From Mobula hypostoma (Eukaryota): a stretch of DNA of 64,000 nt. The stretch covers positions 196,418,001 to 196,482,000 of the forward strand of contig NC_086097.1 of NCBI RefSeq assembly GCF_963921235.1. Direction: 5' to 3'. Numbering within the stretch: the stretch's first letter is position 1; each line of letters starts with the position of its first letter. Position numbers and translations under genes: made by a program. This document shows, in pieces, positions 49,686 through 62,455 of the stretch. The notes under the pieces are model-generated. The model was given only the letters and a program-made list of their open reading frames with translations. It searched no databases and was not told the origin of the DNA.

Positions 49686-52600
49686 ATGCAAACTGAATTG
49701 GTAAAAATAATTTCCTATAATATTAATGGGGTTTTGAATCCAATTAAAAGAAATAAGATTATGTCTAAATTGAAAAAAGAGAGGGCACAAATAGCTTTCC
49801 TCCAGGAAACACATATGAGCCAATCTGAACATGGAAAATTAAAAAGAATGGACTTTAAGCATGTATTTTATTCATCGTATAACTTGAGTCACAAAACAAG
49901 GGTAGCTACTTTAATATCAAGTACTCTTAATTATGAACATATTTCAGAGACTAAAGACAAAGAAGGACAGTTTGTAAAAACCACAGGAAGAATAGAAGGT
50001 ACAGAAATAACATTGCTGAATGTTTATGCTCCTCCAGGTTGTGAATGGTCATTTTATAGACACATTTTTGACCTAATGGTCAGTTCTCAAGGGGTAGTAA
50101 TTTGTGGAGGGGATTTTAATATTAGATTAAATCCTGTATTAGATTCTTCAAGAATAGTTACTCAGAATAAACCTCTGACTCGGAAAGTGAATTCATTGAT
50201 GGAGGTGTTGGGAATTATAGATGTCTGGAGGGAATTACACCCTACTAGTAAAGATTATACATATTACTCTTTCCCTCATTCAGCCTATTCAAGGATAGAC
50301 TATTTCTTTATCTTTAATACAGATAGACTCAGGATAAAAAACTGTAATATTGCAACAATTGATCTGTCCGATCATAGCCCAGTCTCTATGTCTCTAATCC
50401 TGGAAAGGAAAATGAGGAAAACACTATGGAGGCTAAACTCACATATACTCAATAACCCGAAAGTAATGGAGAGATTAAGGGGAGAAATCAAAGAATATCT
50501 AGACCTTAATGACACGGGAGAACAATCACCAGTGATCTTATGGGATACATTGAAAGCTGTACTGAGAGGGAAAATTATTTCCATTACCACTCACATGAAA
50601 AAAATCAATGCACAAAAATTAGCAGACCTTCAAGGAAAATTAAAACAACTTCAAGTTGTAGATAGCAACAAAAGTAATTCAAATCGAAAACAGGAAATTA
50701 GGAAATTGCAAAGTGAAATTGACGATATTTATACGTTGGAAACTCAAAGAAATTTTCTTTACCTGAGACAAAAGAATTATGAAGTAGGAGGTAAATCAGC
50801 TAGATTATTAGCATATAAATTACGAAAACAACAAGCAGGCAATACAATTCATAAAATAAAGAATCCAAAGACAAAGCTTGTGGAGAGTGCAACAGGGAAA
50901 ATTCAAGAGAGTTTTGAAACATATTATCGAGAGCTGTACTCCCAACCCTGGGCCCCCAATGAGCCTTATATAGACAGTGTATTGAATTTTTTAGATCTAC
51001 CTAAACTTACAGATTTACAAAATGAAAGTTTATTAGAACCAGTAACTGTCAAAGAACTGAACATGGCCATCTCTAGGTTAAAGGCTGGAAAGTCCCCGGG
51101 TTCTGATGGGTTTAGCTCAGAGTGGTACAAGTCCCTGAAGACACAGTTAGCCCCATTACTACTTAACACCTTTAATTGGATCTTGCAGAGAGGAGAAACT
51201 CCACCTTCCTGGAGAGAAGCGATTATTTCAGTTATTCCTAAAGAGGGTAAAGATAAACTAGAATGTGGCAATTATCGGCCAATTAGTGTTCTTAATTTAG
51301 ATTACAAACTATTTACATCTATATTAGCACGCAGATTGGAAAAGCTTTTACCTGGCCTAATCCACTTAGACCAGATTGGATTTATTCAACAAAGACAAAC
51401 ACAGGACAACATAAGGAGAACTCTGCACATATTAGAACAGGTTAATAAGAACGAGACAGAGACAATGGTAGTAGGATTGGACGCTGAGAAAGCTTTTGAT
51501 TCGGTTAGTTGGGCATTCCTATACAGAGTGTTAGGAAGATTCGGCTTTCAAAAAAAGTTTATTAAAGTAATTCAGACTCTATATGACAGCCCTACAGCCC
51601 GAATTAAGATAAATGGGGACCTCTCTGACTCTTTCATCTTAGAGAGAGGCACTAGACAGGGATGCCCAATTTCTCCTCTCCTTTTTGCGCTATACATTGA
51701 ACCGCTTGCCCAACTAATAAGACAGAGCGAAATCGTAAAAGGTATCAAGGTGGCAGGGATTGAACAGAAAGTGGCGTTATTCGCAGATGATGTTTTGGTC
51801 TATCTGAGTGAACCAGAAAAATCATTTATAGCATTGTTTACACTGTTGGATGACTTTGGGAAAATATCAGGTTATAAAATAAATGTAAAGAAAACACAGG
51901 TTATGTCCCTAAATTATACACCATCCAAAAAATTGCAGGATACATACGATCTTAAGTGGGAAGCTAAATCATTAAAATATTTAGGAATAACCCTGCCGAA
52001 GGATCTTTCAACACTGTCACAGGTAAATTATGGGCCATTAATCTCAGAGATAAAAGCAGATATGCATAGATGGAATCTTATCCCCTTTTTAAGTTTAAAT
52101 TCAAGGATAAATACTGTAAAAACGAATATTCTTCCTCGGTTATTGTATCTTTTCCGTACTTTACCGGTGGAGGTGAATGATAATCAATTCAGGGAATGGG
52201 ACAAATGGATTTCCTGCTTTATCTGGCAAGGAAAGAAACCTAGAATTCGATATAACACCTTACAGTTAGGGAAGGAAGGAGGAGGTATGGTTCTTCCTTG
52301 CCTGAGAAATTATTTTTATGCCTCACAGATAACCCCTCTGTTATATTGGTGTAATAGGGAATATAAGGCTAGATGGAAGGAAATAGAATTTGGATTAGTT
52401 GACAGTTTTCCTCTACAGGCCACAATAGCTGACAAAGGATTGATGGCCCAGTTGGAAAAATTTAAAAACAGTTGGATAAATCTTACATTAAAAGTATGGC
52501 AGAAGGTGGTTAATTCATGTGGAATTAATAACATGTTAAAACTCTTTAGATGGTGTGCATATGATACCGAATTCCTTCCCAACAGAGGAGATAAAAGATT

Positions 52601-53474
52601 TGAGCTATGGATAAAGAAAGGTCTTACAACCTACCTCTCATTTATAGATAAAAGAGTATTACAAAGTTTCCAAATCCTGCAGGACAAACATGGCCTAGAA
52701 CATAATGACTTTTTTAGGTACCTTCAAGTACGAAACTATGTTAACCAGAGTTGTAGATATACAGACCTATCAACAGTAGAATTAGAATTTTTCAAGATTC
52801 TGAATTCGGCTTGCAGTTCAATACCTAGTAAATCAGTTTCTCGAGTATATAATGCACTCTCCCATGCTAAAAATGTAAATACACTGTATATTAAAGAGAA
52901 GTGGGAGAAAGAAGCGGGGTTGGTACTTTCAGAGGAGGCTTGGGGGAAAATCTGCAGCTTTCAATGGTCCTCGACTTATTCTTTGACTTGGAGAGAACAT
53001 TGTTGGAAAAACGTTATAAGATACTTCAAGACCCCATATCAGGAAAAATATAAAGATACAAACGTGACGTGTTGGAGAAGGTGCGGCTCCAAGGAGGCAA
53101 ATCATTTTCATATTTTCTGGGATTGCCCTAAATTAAGTCTATATTGTGAAGGTATTCATAGAACATTAGTTAAGGTACTTAGGTCCCAGATACCTCTGAA
53201 CTTTGAGACGCTCTATTTGGGGCATGTATTGTTTCTTGAACAGAAGGAAGATATAAAGTTGCTGCAGGCCCTCTTAGCGGCAAATAAGAAATCAATCACT
53301 AGAAAGTGGCTAAATCCAATACCACCTACATTAGAAGATTGGCACGAAATTATCTTGGAAATATTTAAAATGGAAAAGTTGACTTATTCCCTGAGAATTC
53401 AAAAAGAAAAATTTTATCAAATCTGGAATAAATGGATTGTATATATAACCCCAATGCGAGCAGACTTTAGATGA
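49686..53474 (+). CDS. L1 ORF2: APE endonuclease, reverse transcriptase, CCHC finger; intact 1262 aa
   Basis: YNING, LQETH, NVYAP, GGDFN, SRIDY, SDH; LDAEKAFD, QGCPISP, FADD; CWRRC...HIFWDC. Confidence 0.95.
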   Translation: MQTELVKIISYNINGVLNPIKRNKIMSKLKKERAQIAFLQETHMSQSEHGKLKRMDFKHVFYSSYNLSHKTRVATLISSTLNYEHISETKDKEGQFVKTTGRIEGTEITLLNVYAPPGCEWSFYRHIFDLMVSSQGVVICGGDFNIRLNPVLDSSRIVTQNKPLTRKVNSLMEVLGIIDVWRELHPTSKDYTYYSFPHSAYSRIDYFFIFNTDRLRIKNCNIATIDLSDHSPVSMSLILERKMRKTLWRLNSHILNNPKVMERLRGEIKEYLDLNDTGEQSPVILWDTLKAVLRGKIISITTHMKKINAQKLADLQGKLKQLQVVDSNKSNSNRKQEIRKLQSEIDDIYTLETQRNFLYLRQKNYEVGGKSARLLAYKLRKQQAGNTIHKIKNPKTKLVESATGKIQESFETYYRELYSQPWAPNEPYIDSVLNFLDLPKLTDLQNESLLEPVTVKELNMAISRLKAGKSPGSDGFSSEWYKSLKTQLAPLLLNTFNWILQRGETPPSWREAIISVIPKEGKDKLECGNYRPISVLNLDYKLFTSILARRLEKLLPGLIHLDQIGFIQQRQTQDNIRRTLHILEQVNKNETETMVVGLDAEKAFDSVSWAFLYRVLGRFGFQKKFIKVIQTLYDSPTARIKINGDLSDSFILERGTRQGCPISPLLFALYIEPLAQLIRQSEIVKGIKVAGIEQKVALFADDVLVYLSEPEKSFIALFTLLDDFGKISGYKINVKKTQVMSLNYTPSKKLQDTYDLKWEAKSLKYLGITLPKDLSTLSQVNYGPLISEIKADMHRWNLIPFLSLNSRINTVKTNILPRLLYLFRTLPVEVNDNQFREWDKWISCFIWQGKKPRIRYNTLQLGKEGGGMVLPCLRNYFYASQITPLLYWCNREYKARWKEIEFGLVDSFPLQATIADKGLMAQLEKFKNSWINLTLKVWQKVVNSCGINNMLKLFRWCAYDTEFLPNRGDKRFELWIKKGLTTYLSFIDKRVLQSFQILQDKHGLEHNDFFRYLQVRNYVNQSCRYTDLSTVELEFFKILNSACSSIPSKSVSRVYNALSHAKNVNTLYIKEKWEKEAGLVLSEEAWGKICSFQWSSTYSLTWREHCWKNVIRYFKTPYQEKYKDTNVTCWRRCGSKEANHFHIFWDCPKLSLYCEGIHRTLVKVLRSQIPLNFETLYLGHVLFLEQKEDIKLLQALLAANKKSITRKWLNPIPPTLEDWHEIILEIFKMEKLTYSLRIQKEKFYQIWNKWIVYITPMRADFR

Positions 53475-56400
53475 CTCTCCTAATGATTTATACTGCTCTT
53501 CTCATCAACACAGTAATATTGCTAACGTAAGCACCCCTAGTCTAAATGTCTTTTTTTTTGTTTTTTTTTGGAAAATAGAGAATTAACACAAGTAAAGGGA
53601 AAGATTTGGGAAAGGGATAAAAGATGGAAAAATTAAGTAAATAAGTACATAGGGATTGGATAATTATGTCTGTGGGCAGGAGCAAGCATGAACAAATTAG
53701 GATATAAACACCGACAATGGTTGTTACATAGGTTTATATACAACATTTTGGACCAGTGGAAATGGTCCAGAAGAGTTATATGGAAACTATAATTACCATT
53801 TTTCTTAACAACTAATACCATTACTTAGCCTAATAGATTAGAATTACCACAGTACATAATTATCTATTTAAGTGTCTAATTTCCTTTTATATCAACTCAA
53901 TGTGTACTTAAGAATGTATAAATAATTATAGTTTTATACATATAAAAAATGGAAAAGGTTATATGTGTGAAAAAGTACATGATGTTTGTGAATTCCTTAT
54001 CCAAATAAAAATAAAATTAAAAAAAAAGGAATTATGATGTAGTGGCCATTACAGAGACTTGGCTGGCACCAGGGCAGGAATGGATTCTCAATATTCCTGG
54101 ATTTCAGTGCTTTAAAAGCAATAGAGAGGACAGAAAAGGGGGAGGAGGGGTGGCATTACTGGTCAGACTATTACAGCTACAGAAAAGGTGGGTAATGTAG
54201 CAGGATCCTCTTTTGAGTCAGTATGGGTGGAAGTCAGGAACAGGAAGGGAGCAGTTACTCTACTGGGGGTATTCTATAGGCCCCCTGGTAGCAGCAGAGA
54301 TACAGAGCAGCAGATTGGGAGGCAGAATTTGGAAAGGTGCAAAAAAAAAACAGGGTTGTTATCATGGGTGACTTTAATTTCCCTAATATTGATTGGCACC
54401 TGATTAGTTCCAAGGGTTTAGATGGGGCAGAATTTGTTAAGTGTGTCCAGGATGGATTCCTGTCTCAGTATGTGGGCAGGCCAACCAGGGGGAATGCCAT
54501 ACTAGATCTAGTACTAGGTAATGAACCGGGTCAGGTCACAGATCTCTCAGTGGGTGAGCATCTGGGGGACAGTGACCACCGCTCCCTGGCCTTTATAATT
54601 ATCTTGGAAAAGGACAGAATCAAAGAGAACAGGAAAATTTTTAATTGGGGAAAGGCAAATTATGAGGCTATAAGGCTAGAACTTGCGGGTGTGAACTGGG
54701 ATGATGTTTTTGCAGGGAAATTTACTATGGACATGTGGTCGATGTTTAGAGATCTCTTGCAGGATGTAAGGGATAAATTTGTCCCGGTGAGGAAGATAAA
54801 GAATGGTAGGGTGAAGGAACCATGGGCGACAAGTGAGGTGGAAAATCTAGTCAGGAGGAAGAAGGCAGCATACATGAGGTTTAGGAAGCAAGGATAAGCT
54901 GGGTCTATTGAGGTATATAGGGAAGCAAGAAAGGAGCTTAAGAAGGGGCTGAGAAAAGCAAGAAGGGGGCATGAGAAGGCCTTGGCGAGTCTTCAATTAT
55001 GTGAAGAAAAAAAGGATGACAGGAGTGAAGATAGGACCGATTAGGGATAAAGGTGGGAAGATGTGCCTGGAGGCTGTGGAAGTGGGCGAAGTCCTCAATG
55101 AATACTTCTCTTTGGTATTCATCAATGAGAGGGAACTTGATGATGGTGAGGACAATATGAGTGAGGTTGATGTTCTGGAGCATGCTGATATTAAGGGAGA
55201 GGAGGTGTTGGAGGTGTTAAAATACATTAGGACGGATAAGTCCCCGGGGCCTGACGGAATATTCCCCAGGCTGCTCCACGAGGCGAGAGAAGAGATTGCT
55301 GAGCCTCTGGCTAGGATCCTTATGTCCTCGTTGTCCACGGGAATGGTACCGGAGGATTGGAGGGAGGCGAATGTTGTTCCCTTGTTCAAAAAAGGTAGTA
55401 GGGATAGTCCGAGTAATTATAGACCAGTGAGCCTTACGTCTGTGGTGGGAAAGCTGTTGGAAAAGATTCTTAGAGATAGGATCTATAGGCATTTAGAGAA
55501 TCATGGTCTGATCAGGGATAGTCAGCACGGCTTTGTGAAGGGCAGATCGCGTCTAACAAGCCTGATAGAGTTCTTTGAGGAGGTGACCAGGCATATAGAT
55601 GAGGGTAGTGCAGTGGATGTGATCTATATGGATTTTAGTAAGGCATTTGACAAGGTTCCACACGGTAGGCTTATTCAGAAAGTCAGAAGGCGTGGGATCC
55701 AGGGAAGTTTGGCCAGGTGGATTCAGAATTGGCTTGCCTGCAGAAGGCAGAGGGTGGTGGTGGAGGGAGTACATTCAGATTGGAGGATTGTGACTAGTGG
55801 TGTCCCACAAGGATCTGTTCTGGGACCTCTACTTTTCGTGATTTTTATTAACAACCTGGATGTTGGGGTAGAAGGGTGGGTTGGCAAGTTTGCAGACGAC
55901 ACAAAGGTTGGTGGTGTTGTAGATAGTGTAGAGGATTGTCAAAGATTGCAGAGAGACATTGATAGGATGCAGAAGTGGGCTGAGAAGTGGCAGATGGAGT
56001 TCAACCCGGAGAAGTGTGAGCTGGTACACTTTGGAAGGACAAACTCCAAGGCAGAGTACAAAGTAAATGGCAGGATACTTGGTAGTGTGGAGGAGCAGAG
56101 GGATCTCGGGGTACATGTCCACAGATCCCTGAAAGTTGCCTCACAGGTGGATAGGGTAGTTAGGAAAGCTTATGGGGTGTTAGCTTTCATAAGTCGAGGG
56201 ATAGAGTTTAAGAGTCGCGATATAATGATGCAGCTCTATAAAACTCTGGTTAGGCCACACTTGGAGTATTGTGTCCAGTTCTGGTCACCGCACTATAGGA
56301 AGGATGTGGAAGCATTGGAAAGGGTACAGAGGAGATTTACCAGGATGCTGCCTGGTTTAGAAAGTATGCATTCTGATCAGAGATTAAGGGAGCTAGGGCT

Positions 56401-57109
56401 TTACTCTTTGGAGAGAAGGAGGATGAGAGGAGACATGATAGAGGGGTACAAGATAATAAGAGGAATAGATAGAGTGGATAGCCAGCACCTCTTCCCCAGG
56501 GCACCACTGCTCAATACAAGAGGACATGGCTTTAAGGTAAGGGGTGGGAAGTTCAAGGGGGATATTAGAGGAAGGTTTTTTACTCAGAGAGTGGTTGGTG
56601 CGTGGAATGCACTGCCTGAGTCAGTGGTGGAGGCAGATACACTAGTGAAGTTTAAGAGACTACTAGACAGGTATATGGAGGTATATGGGGGCTTATATGG
56701 GAGGCAGGATTTGAGGGTCGGCACAACATTGTGGGCTGAAGGGCCTGTACTGTGCTGTACTATTCTATGTGCTATGTTAAGATTCTAAATGCATAGTGGG
56801 TGACTGTCTCACTTTTTTCATGATCAAAAACACTTTCAATTGGGCCTTAGTGTTGCTTTTTCTAACACTGGATCATGTCAAAGTGCATTGGGTATAAGAA
56901 AAACAAGGAGCTATTTAATTTACAAGGTGAACAAATACTTTCTTGTGGTACAATGTGGGTAAACATATCTTTTTTTTTGTACCCAAAGCATATTTTTGAG
57001 TTAACAATCATGAATTGAATCAATATGCACAAGTTCAGAAAGTATTAATCTAAAATGAGTACAGGAAGCGCATGAAAGCAGATACAATTGAAAACAACAA
57101 TGAAATTCG

Positions 57110-59970
57110 ACAGGAATAAATTGAGGATTGCTACCTGTACCATGCACTAGTGACGCTAGAAGTAGGAAGGTTGTACAGTTTAATACATGGCTAAGGAGCT
57201 GGTGTTGGAGGGAGGGCATAAGATTTTTGGATCATTGGGCTCTCTTCCAGGGAGGGTGGGACCCATACGGAAGGGACAGTTTGCACCTGAACTGGAGGGG
57301 GACTAATATCCGAGAGGGAAAGTTTATTATGCTGCATGGTGGGATTTATACTGGAGTTATAGGGGGATGGGAACCAGAGTGTCTGAACAGTTAGTGGAGA
57401 TGTTGTGGAGGCAGATGTGGTAAGTTAGGAATCAAAGGGTTGAGCATGGTGTGACTAGTGTCTTGAGCTGCAAACATTTCAATGCAAAAAGTATCGTAGG
57501 AAAGGCGGATAATAGTGCTGAAGATGAGGTAGTTGGTTTACAAACAGAGGCAATGTGTAGTGAGGAGAGGTTGCTGATAGGTCAAAATTGCAGTCAATAG
57601 GATGAGTTGCAATGTAACAGGTGGACAAAATCAAAAAGGGTGGATGCAGGACTGAAGGTGTTGTATTTGAGTGTGTGCAGTATACGGAATAAGGGTAATG
57701 GACTTGCAGCACAGTTGCAGATTGGCAGGTATGATGTTGAAGGCATCACTGAATCATGGCTGAAAGATCATAGCTGGGAGCTTAGTGTCAAAGAATACAC
57801 ATTATATCAAAAGGATAGGCAGGAAGGCAGAGGAGGCAGAGTTGCTCTTTTGGTAAAAAATCAAATCAAATCATCAGAAAGAGATGACCTACGGTCAGAA
57901 GGTGTTGAATCATTGTGAATAGAGCCAAGGAACTGCAAGGGTAAAAAGACCCTGATGGGAGTTGTTTACAGAACCCCCCCAAACAGTCGTAAGGATGTGG
58001 CTTACAAATTACAATGGGAGATAGTAAATGCTTGCCAAAAGGGCAATGTTACAATATCATGCGGGACTTCAATATGCAGGTAGATTGGGAAAATCCGTTT
58101 TTTGCTGAGTTACAGGAGGGGGAATTCTGGAGTGCCTACAGCATGGCTTTTTAGAGCAATTCTGGATTGGGTGTTGTGCAATGAACCAGAATGATTAGAG
58201 AGCTTAAAGGTAAAAGAACCCTTAGGAGAAACGTAATCATAATTCAATCACATTCATCCTGAAACTTGAGAAGGAGAAGCTAAAGTCAGTTGTATCAGTA
58301 TTACAGTGGAGTAAAGGAGATTACAGAGGTATGAGAGAGGTTTTAGCCAGAATTGATTGGAAAAGAACACTGGCAGGGATGACGGCTGGAATTTCCAGAA
58401 GCAATTCGGAAGGCACAGGATACATACATCTCAAGGAGGAAGAAGTATTCTAAAGGCAAGATGACAGAACGGTGGTGAACAAGAGAATTCAAAGCCAACA
58501 AAAAAAGCCAAAGAGAGGGCATATAATAGAGCAAAAATTAGTGGGAAGTTAGAAGATTGGAAAACTTTTAAAACCTAACAGAAGGCAATGAAAAAAGTCA
58601 TTAAGGTAAAGATAGATACAAAAGTAAGCTAGCTAATAATATTAAAAATGATACCAAAAGTTTCTTCAGATACATAAAGAGTAAAAGAGAGGTGAGAGTG
58701 GATATCAGACCACTGAAAAACAATGCTGGTGAGGTAGTAATAGGGGACAATGAAATGGTGGATGAACTGAAGAATAATTTTGCATCAGTCTTCACTGTGG
58801 ATGACACTAGCAGTATGGTGGAAAGTGTTGGGGCCATGAAGTGTGTGAAGATTCCATTACTAGACAGTAGGTTCTAGGAAAACTGAAAGGTCTGATGGTA
58901 GGTAGGGCACCTGGACCAGATGGTGTACACCCTAGAGTTTTGAAAGAGGTGGCTGAAGAGATCATGGAGGCATTAGTAATGATCTTTCAAGATTCATTAG
59001 ATTCTGGAATGGTTCCAGAAAACTGGAAAATTGCAAATGTCACTCCACTCTTCAAGAAGGGAGAGAGGCAGAAGAAAGGAAACTATAGGCCAGTTAGTCT
59101 GACCTCAGTGGTTGGAGTTGATCATTAAGGATGAGATCTCAGTGTGCTTGGAAGCGCATGACAAAATAGACCGTAGTCAGCATGGTTACATCAAGGGAAA
59201 ATCTTGCCTGACAAATCTGTTGGAATTCTTTGAAGAAATAACAAGCAGGAGAGACAAAGGAGAATTCATTGATGTTGTGTACTTGGATTTTCAGAAGGCC
59301 TTTGACAAGGTCCCACGCAGGAGGCTGCTTTACAAGCTACGAGCCTATGGTATTACAGGAAAGATTCTAGCATGGAAAAGCAGTGGCTGATTGGCAGGAG
59401 GGAAAAACGGAGCCTTTTCTGGCTGGCTGCCAGTGACTAGTGGTGTTCCACAGGGGTCCGTGTTAAGACCAATTCTTTTTACGTTATATGTCAATGATTT
59501 GGTTTCGGAATGTCTTGTCATATGAAGAGATTTTGATGGCTCTGGGTCTGTATTCGCTGGAATTCAGAACAATGAAGGGTGACCTCATTGACACCTATCG
59601 AATGGTGAAAGGGCTTGATAGGGTAGATGTGGAGAGGATTTTTCCTGTGGTGGGAGAGTCTAAGTCTAGTGAACACAGCCTCAGAATAGAAGGGCGCCCT
59701 TTTAGAGTGGAGATGAGGAGGGGATTCTTTAGTTAGTGTGCAGTGAATCTGTGGAATTCTTTGCCACAGGCAACTGTGGAGGCCACCTTTTTATATAAAT
59801 TTAAGGCAGAGTTGATAGATTCTTATCTGGTCAGGACATGAAGGGATATGGGGAGTAGGCAGGAGATTGAGGTTGAGAGGAAAATTGGATCAGTCATGAT
59901 GAAATAGCAGAGCAGACCCGATGAGCCAAGTGGCTTAACTTTGCTCCTATATCTTATGGTTTTATGGTCT
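57110..59970 (+). mobile_element. Older CR1 (ORF1 esterase end plus internally deleted ORF2)
   Basis: FNTWLRSWC...FLDHW, SIRNK..GITESWL and YLDFQKAFDKVP in broken frames; cttatggttttatggtct tail. Confidence 0.88.
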
Positions 59971-60000
59971 AAATCTTTTCAAGTATAATCCTTGAATCCG

Positions 60001-61110
60001 GAGCAACATACACACAAAATGCTGGAGGAACTCAGCAAGACAGGCAGCATCTATGGAAATGAAGAAACAGTCAACATTTTGAGCACAGAACCTTCTTCAG
60101 GACTGGAAAAGAAGGGGGAAGTCGCCAGAATAAAAAGTTGTGATGGGGATAACTAAAATGTAATAGGTGAAGCCAGGTCGGTAGGAAAGATAAAGGGCTG
60201 GAGAGAAAAAATTCTGATAGGCCAGAGGAGTGGACCATAGGGGAAAGGGGGGGGGGCGGCGCAGGGGACCCTGGGGAATGTGACAGGCAGTTACAAAGAG
60301 GCAAGTGGCCAGAGTAGGGAGTAGAAGAAGAGGGGAGGGGGGAACCAGAAGGAGACATTGATATTCGTGCCATGAGGTTGGAGGCTACCGAGTCTTAATA
60401 TAAAGGAGTTGCTCCTCCACCCTGAGGCTGGCTTCATCTCAGCATTTGTCAGAACAGGAATGAGAATTGGAATTTAAATGTTTGACCACCGAGAAGTTCC
60501 ACTTTTGTCAGAACTCAAAGCAGACCCCAGTTTATGACGGTTCTCACAGATTTGGAAGAGGCTGCATCAGGAGCAACAGACACAATAGACAACTCCAGCG
60601 GATTCATAGGTGGAGTGTTGCCTCACCTGGAAGGACTATTTAGGGCCCTGAATGGAGGTGAGGACTGGGCAGATGTACCACTTTGGCTGCTTGCAGGGAT
60701 AAGTGCCAGGAGGAGGATTAGTGGGGAGGGACGAATGGACAAGGGAATCGCAGAGGGACCGACACCTGTGAAAAGTGGGGACATGGGAAGAGGTAAAGAT
60801 ATGTTTGGTGGTAGGATCCCTTTGGAGATGGTGGGAGGAGAATGATGTGCTTGATGTGGGGGATAGGATGGTAGGGTATAGGTTAGGGTAAGAGGAACTC
60901 TATCACCGTTAAGGCAGTGGGAAGGTGGAGTGAGCGCAGATGTTCAGGAATGGAGGAGATGCAGGTGAGGGCAGCATCAATGGTGGAGAGGTGGAAACCC
61001 CATTCTTTAAAGAAGGAGGACACCCCTGATGTCCTAGAAAGGAAAGCCTCATCCTGGGAACAGTAAAGGGAATAGCCTTTTTACAAGAGACTTGATGGGA
61101 AGAGGTATAC
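60001..61110 (-). mobile_element. Penelope-like element 3' part, decayed
   Basis: Terminus cacacaaaatgctggaggaactcagc, then the reverse complement of sequence homologous to 36650-37612. Confidence 0.78.
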
Positions 61111-61267
61111 AGTATTCAAGATGACCGTGGGAACCTGATGCGGAAAATCATCATACCGATGTAAAAGGTAAACAACGCTGCTAAAATTCACATGTAACTT
61201 GACATCAATTATTAATCTTTTAAACACAATAATCAAAGGTTATTAGCAGATAGCAGTGTTTACTTAC

Positions 61268-61472
61268 CAACCCCTGCACCATTGAATGTGCCTGGTAATA
61301 CCAACATAATGTGGTTGGGCCAATATTTTCGATAAAATGGCATTTCAAACTCTTTAATCACAAGGATATGAAGGTGATTTGCACCTTCCATGGCATGGTA
61401 GAGGTTCAGAAGACCATGCTCATGCCGCCCGGTAGTAGGTGTAAAGATAGGACTCTTCACTAATTTTGAATT
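61268..61472 (-). CDS. GREB1L: GREB1L coding exon (205 bp); the gene continues beyond the window
   Basis: ttggcag|AAT ... G|gtaagt. Translates [30 protein letters not shown]...[22 protein letters not shown]. Confidence 0.95.
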
Positions 61473-61699
61473 CTGCCAAAACAATTTAAGGAAATATTGT
61501 TAAGTAAAGGTAATTAATCAAATCTGAAGCCTGTTCTACAAACGTTGTAGATTATAGAAAATAAGGAGAAACTTGTGTCGCATGTAAAAATTTCAATAAT
61601 ATACATGTTTTGTCAAGTGTACTTATGAAATCAATTTATAGACAAGAATGGCTGGTTTTCCAATGAATAATCCAGATATGCTTTGGACGTGAAGTTAAC

Positions 61700-62455
61700 A
61701 AATTTAACGTCACATGCCCGTGATAATAAACCTGATTCTGATTCTGACTACCTGCATATAGGCAGAGACTAAAGAGCACAGCACCAGAGTAAAGAGATGG
61801 TCACAGGAGGTAGAGGAGCAGCTACGGGTCCACTACGAGACAGTACACTGGACCATGTACAAGGACTTAGCAACAGACCTGAATAAATATGCCCTGCTGT
61901 CATAAAGATACTCATGGATGAGTGTATCCCCACAAAATCATTCAGAGTCCTAGCCAACCAGAAGTCCTCAAAGAACCAAGAGTTTGAAATCTTCTGAGAG
62001 CAAGATTGGTAGTGTTCAAGACTGGCAATCCAGGTAAGTATAAAAGGTCCAGGAATGACTTCTGAAAGACCATCACATATGCTAAGTAGCAATTCCACAC
62101 TAAACCTGAATCACAGTAGGATGTTCAGCAACTGCGGCAGGGCTTGAATGCCATCATATCCTACAAATCAAAGCCAAGCAACATAAATGACAACAAAGTT
62201 TCACTCCCAGGTGAGCTCAATGCTTTCATTCATCATTGCATCATGGCCTGGTTGTATCACAGCCTGGTATGGAAACACCAATGTCCTTGAATGGAAAATC
62301 CTACAAAATGTAGTAGATATAGCCCAGTTATTTATGGTAAAGTCCTCCCCACCATTGAGCACGTCTACATGAAGCACTATCACAGGAAGGCTGAATCCAT
62401 CATCAAGGAACTCTACCACCCAGGCCATCCTTTCTTCTCGCTGCTGCCATTAGGA
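61700..62455 (+). mobile_element. Rex1/Babar LINE fragments
   Basis: aataaacctgattctgattctga tail, then decayed ORF pieces (GCITAWYGN; HPGHPFFSLLPLGR) that resume after the CR1 at about 63330. Confidence 0.7.

Larger units (their letters stand above)
48074..54027 (+). mobile_element. Apparently full-length L1-clade LINE with polyA tail and 18-bp TSD
   Basis: TSD ggaattatgatgtagtgg at 48056-48073 and 54028-54045; 5' UTR, ORF1, spacer, ORF2, 3' UTR, AATAAA plus A-tail. Confidence 0.96.
47414..56778 (+). mobile_element. CR1 LINE (family B) with ORF1 SGNH-esterase part, split by an L1 early in ORF2
   Basis: ORF1 PGARV...IHVGTNDI...DGLHLN. ORF2 LNARSIRNK...WNYDVV resumes at 54046 (AITETWL). RT in ORF 54971-56788; tail ttctatgtgctatgtt. 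Confidence 0.93.
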
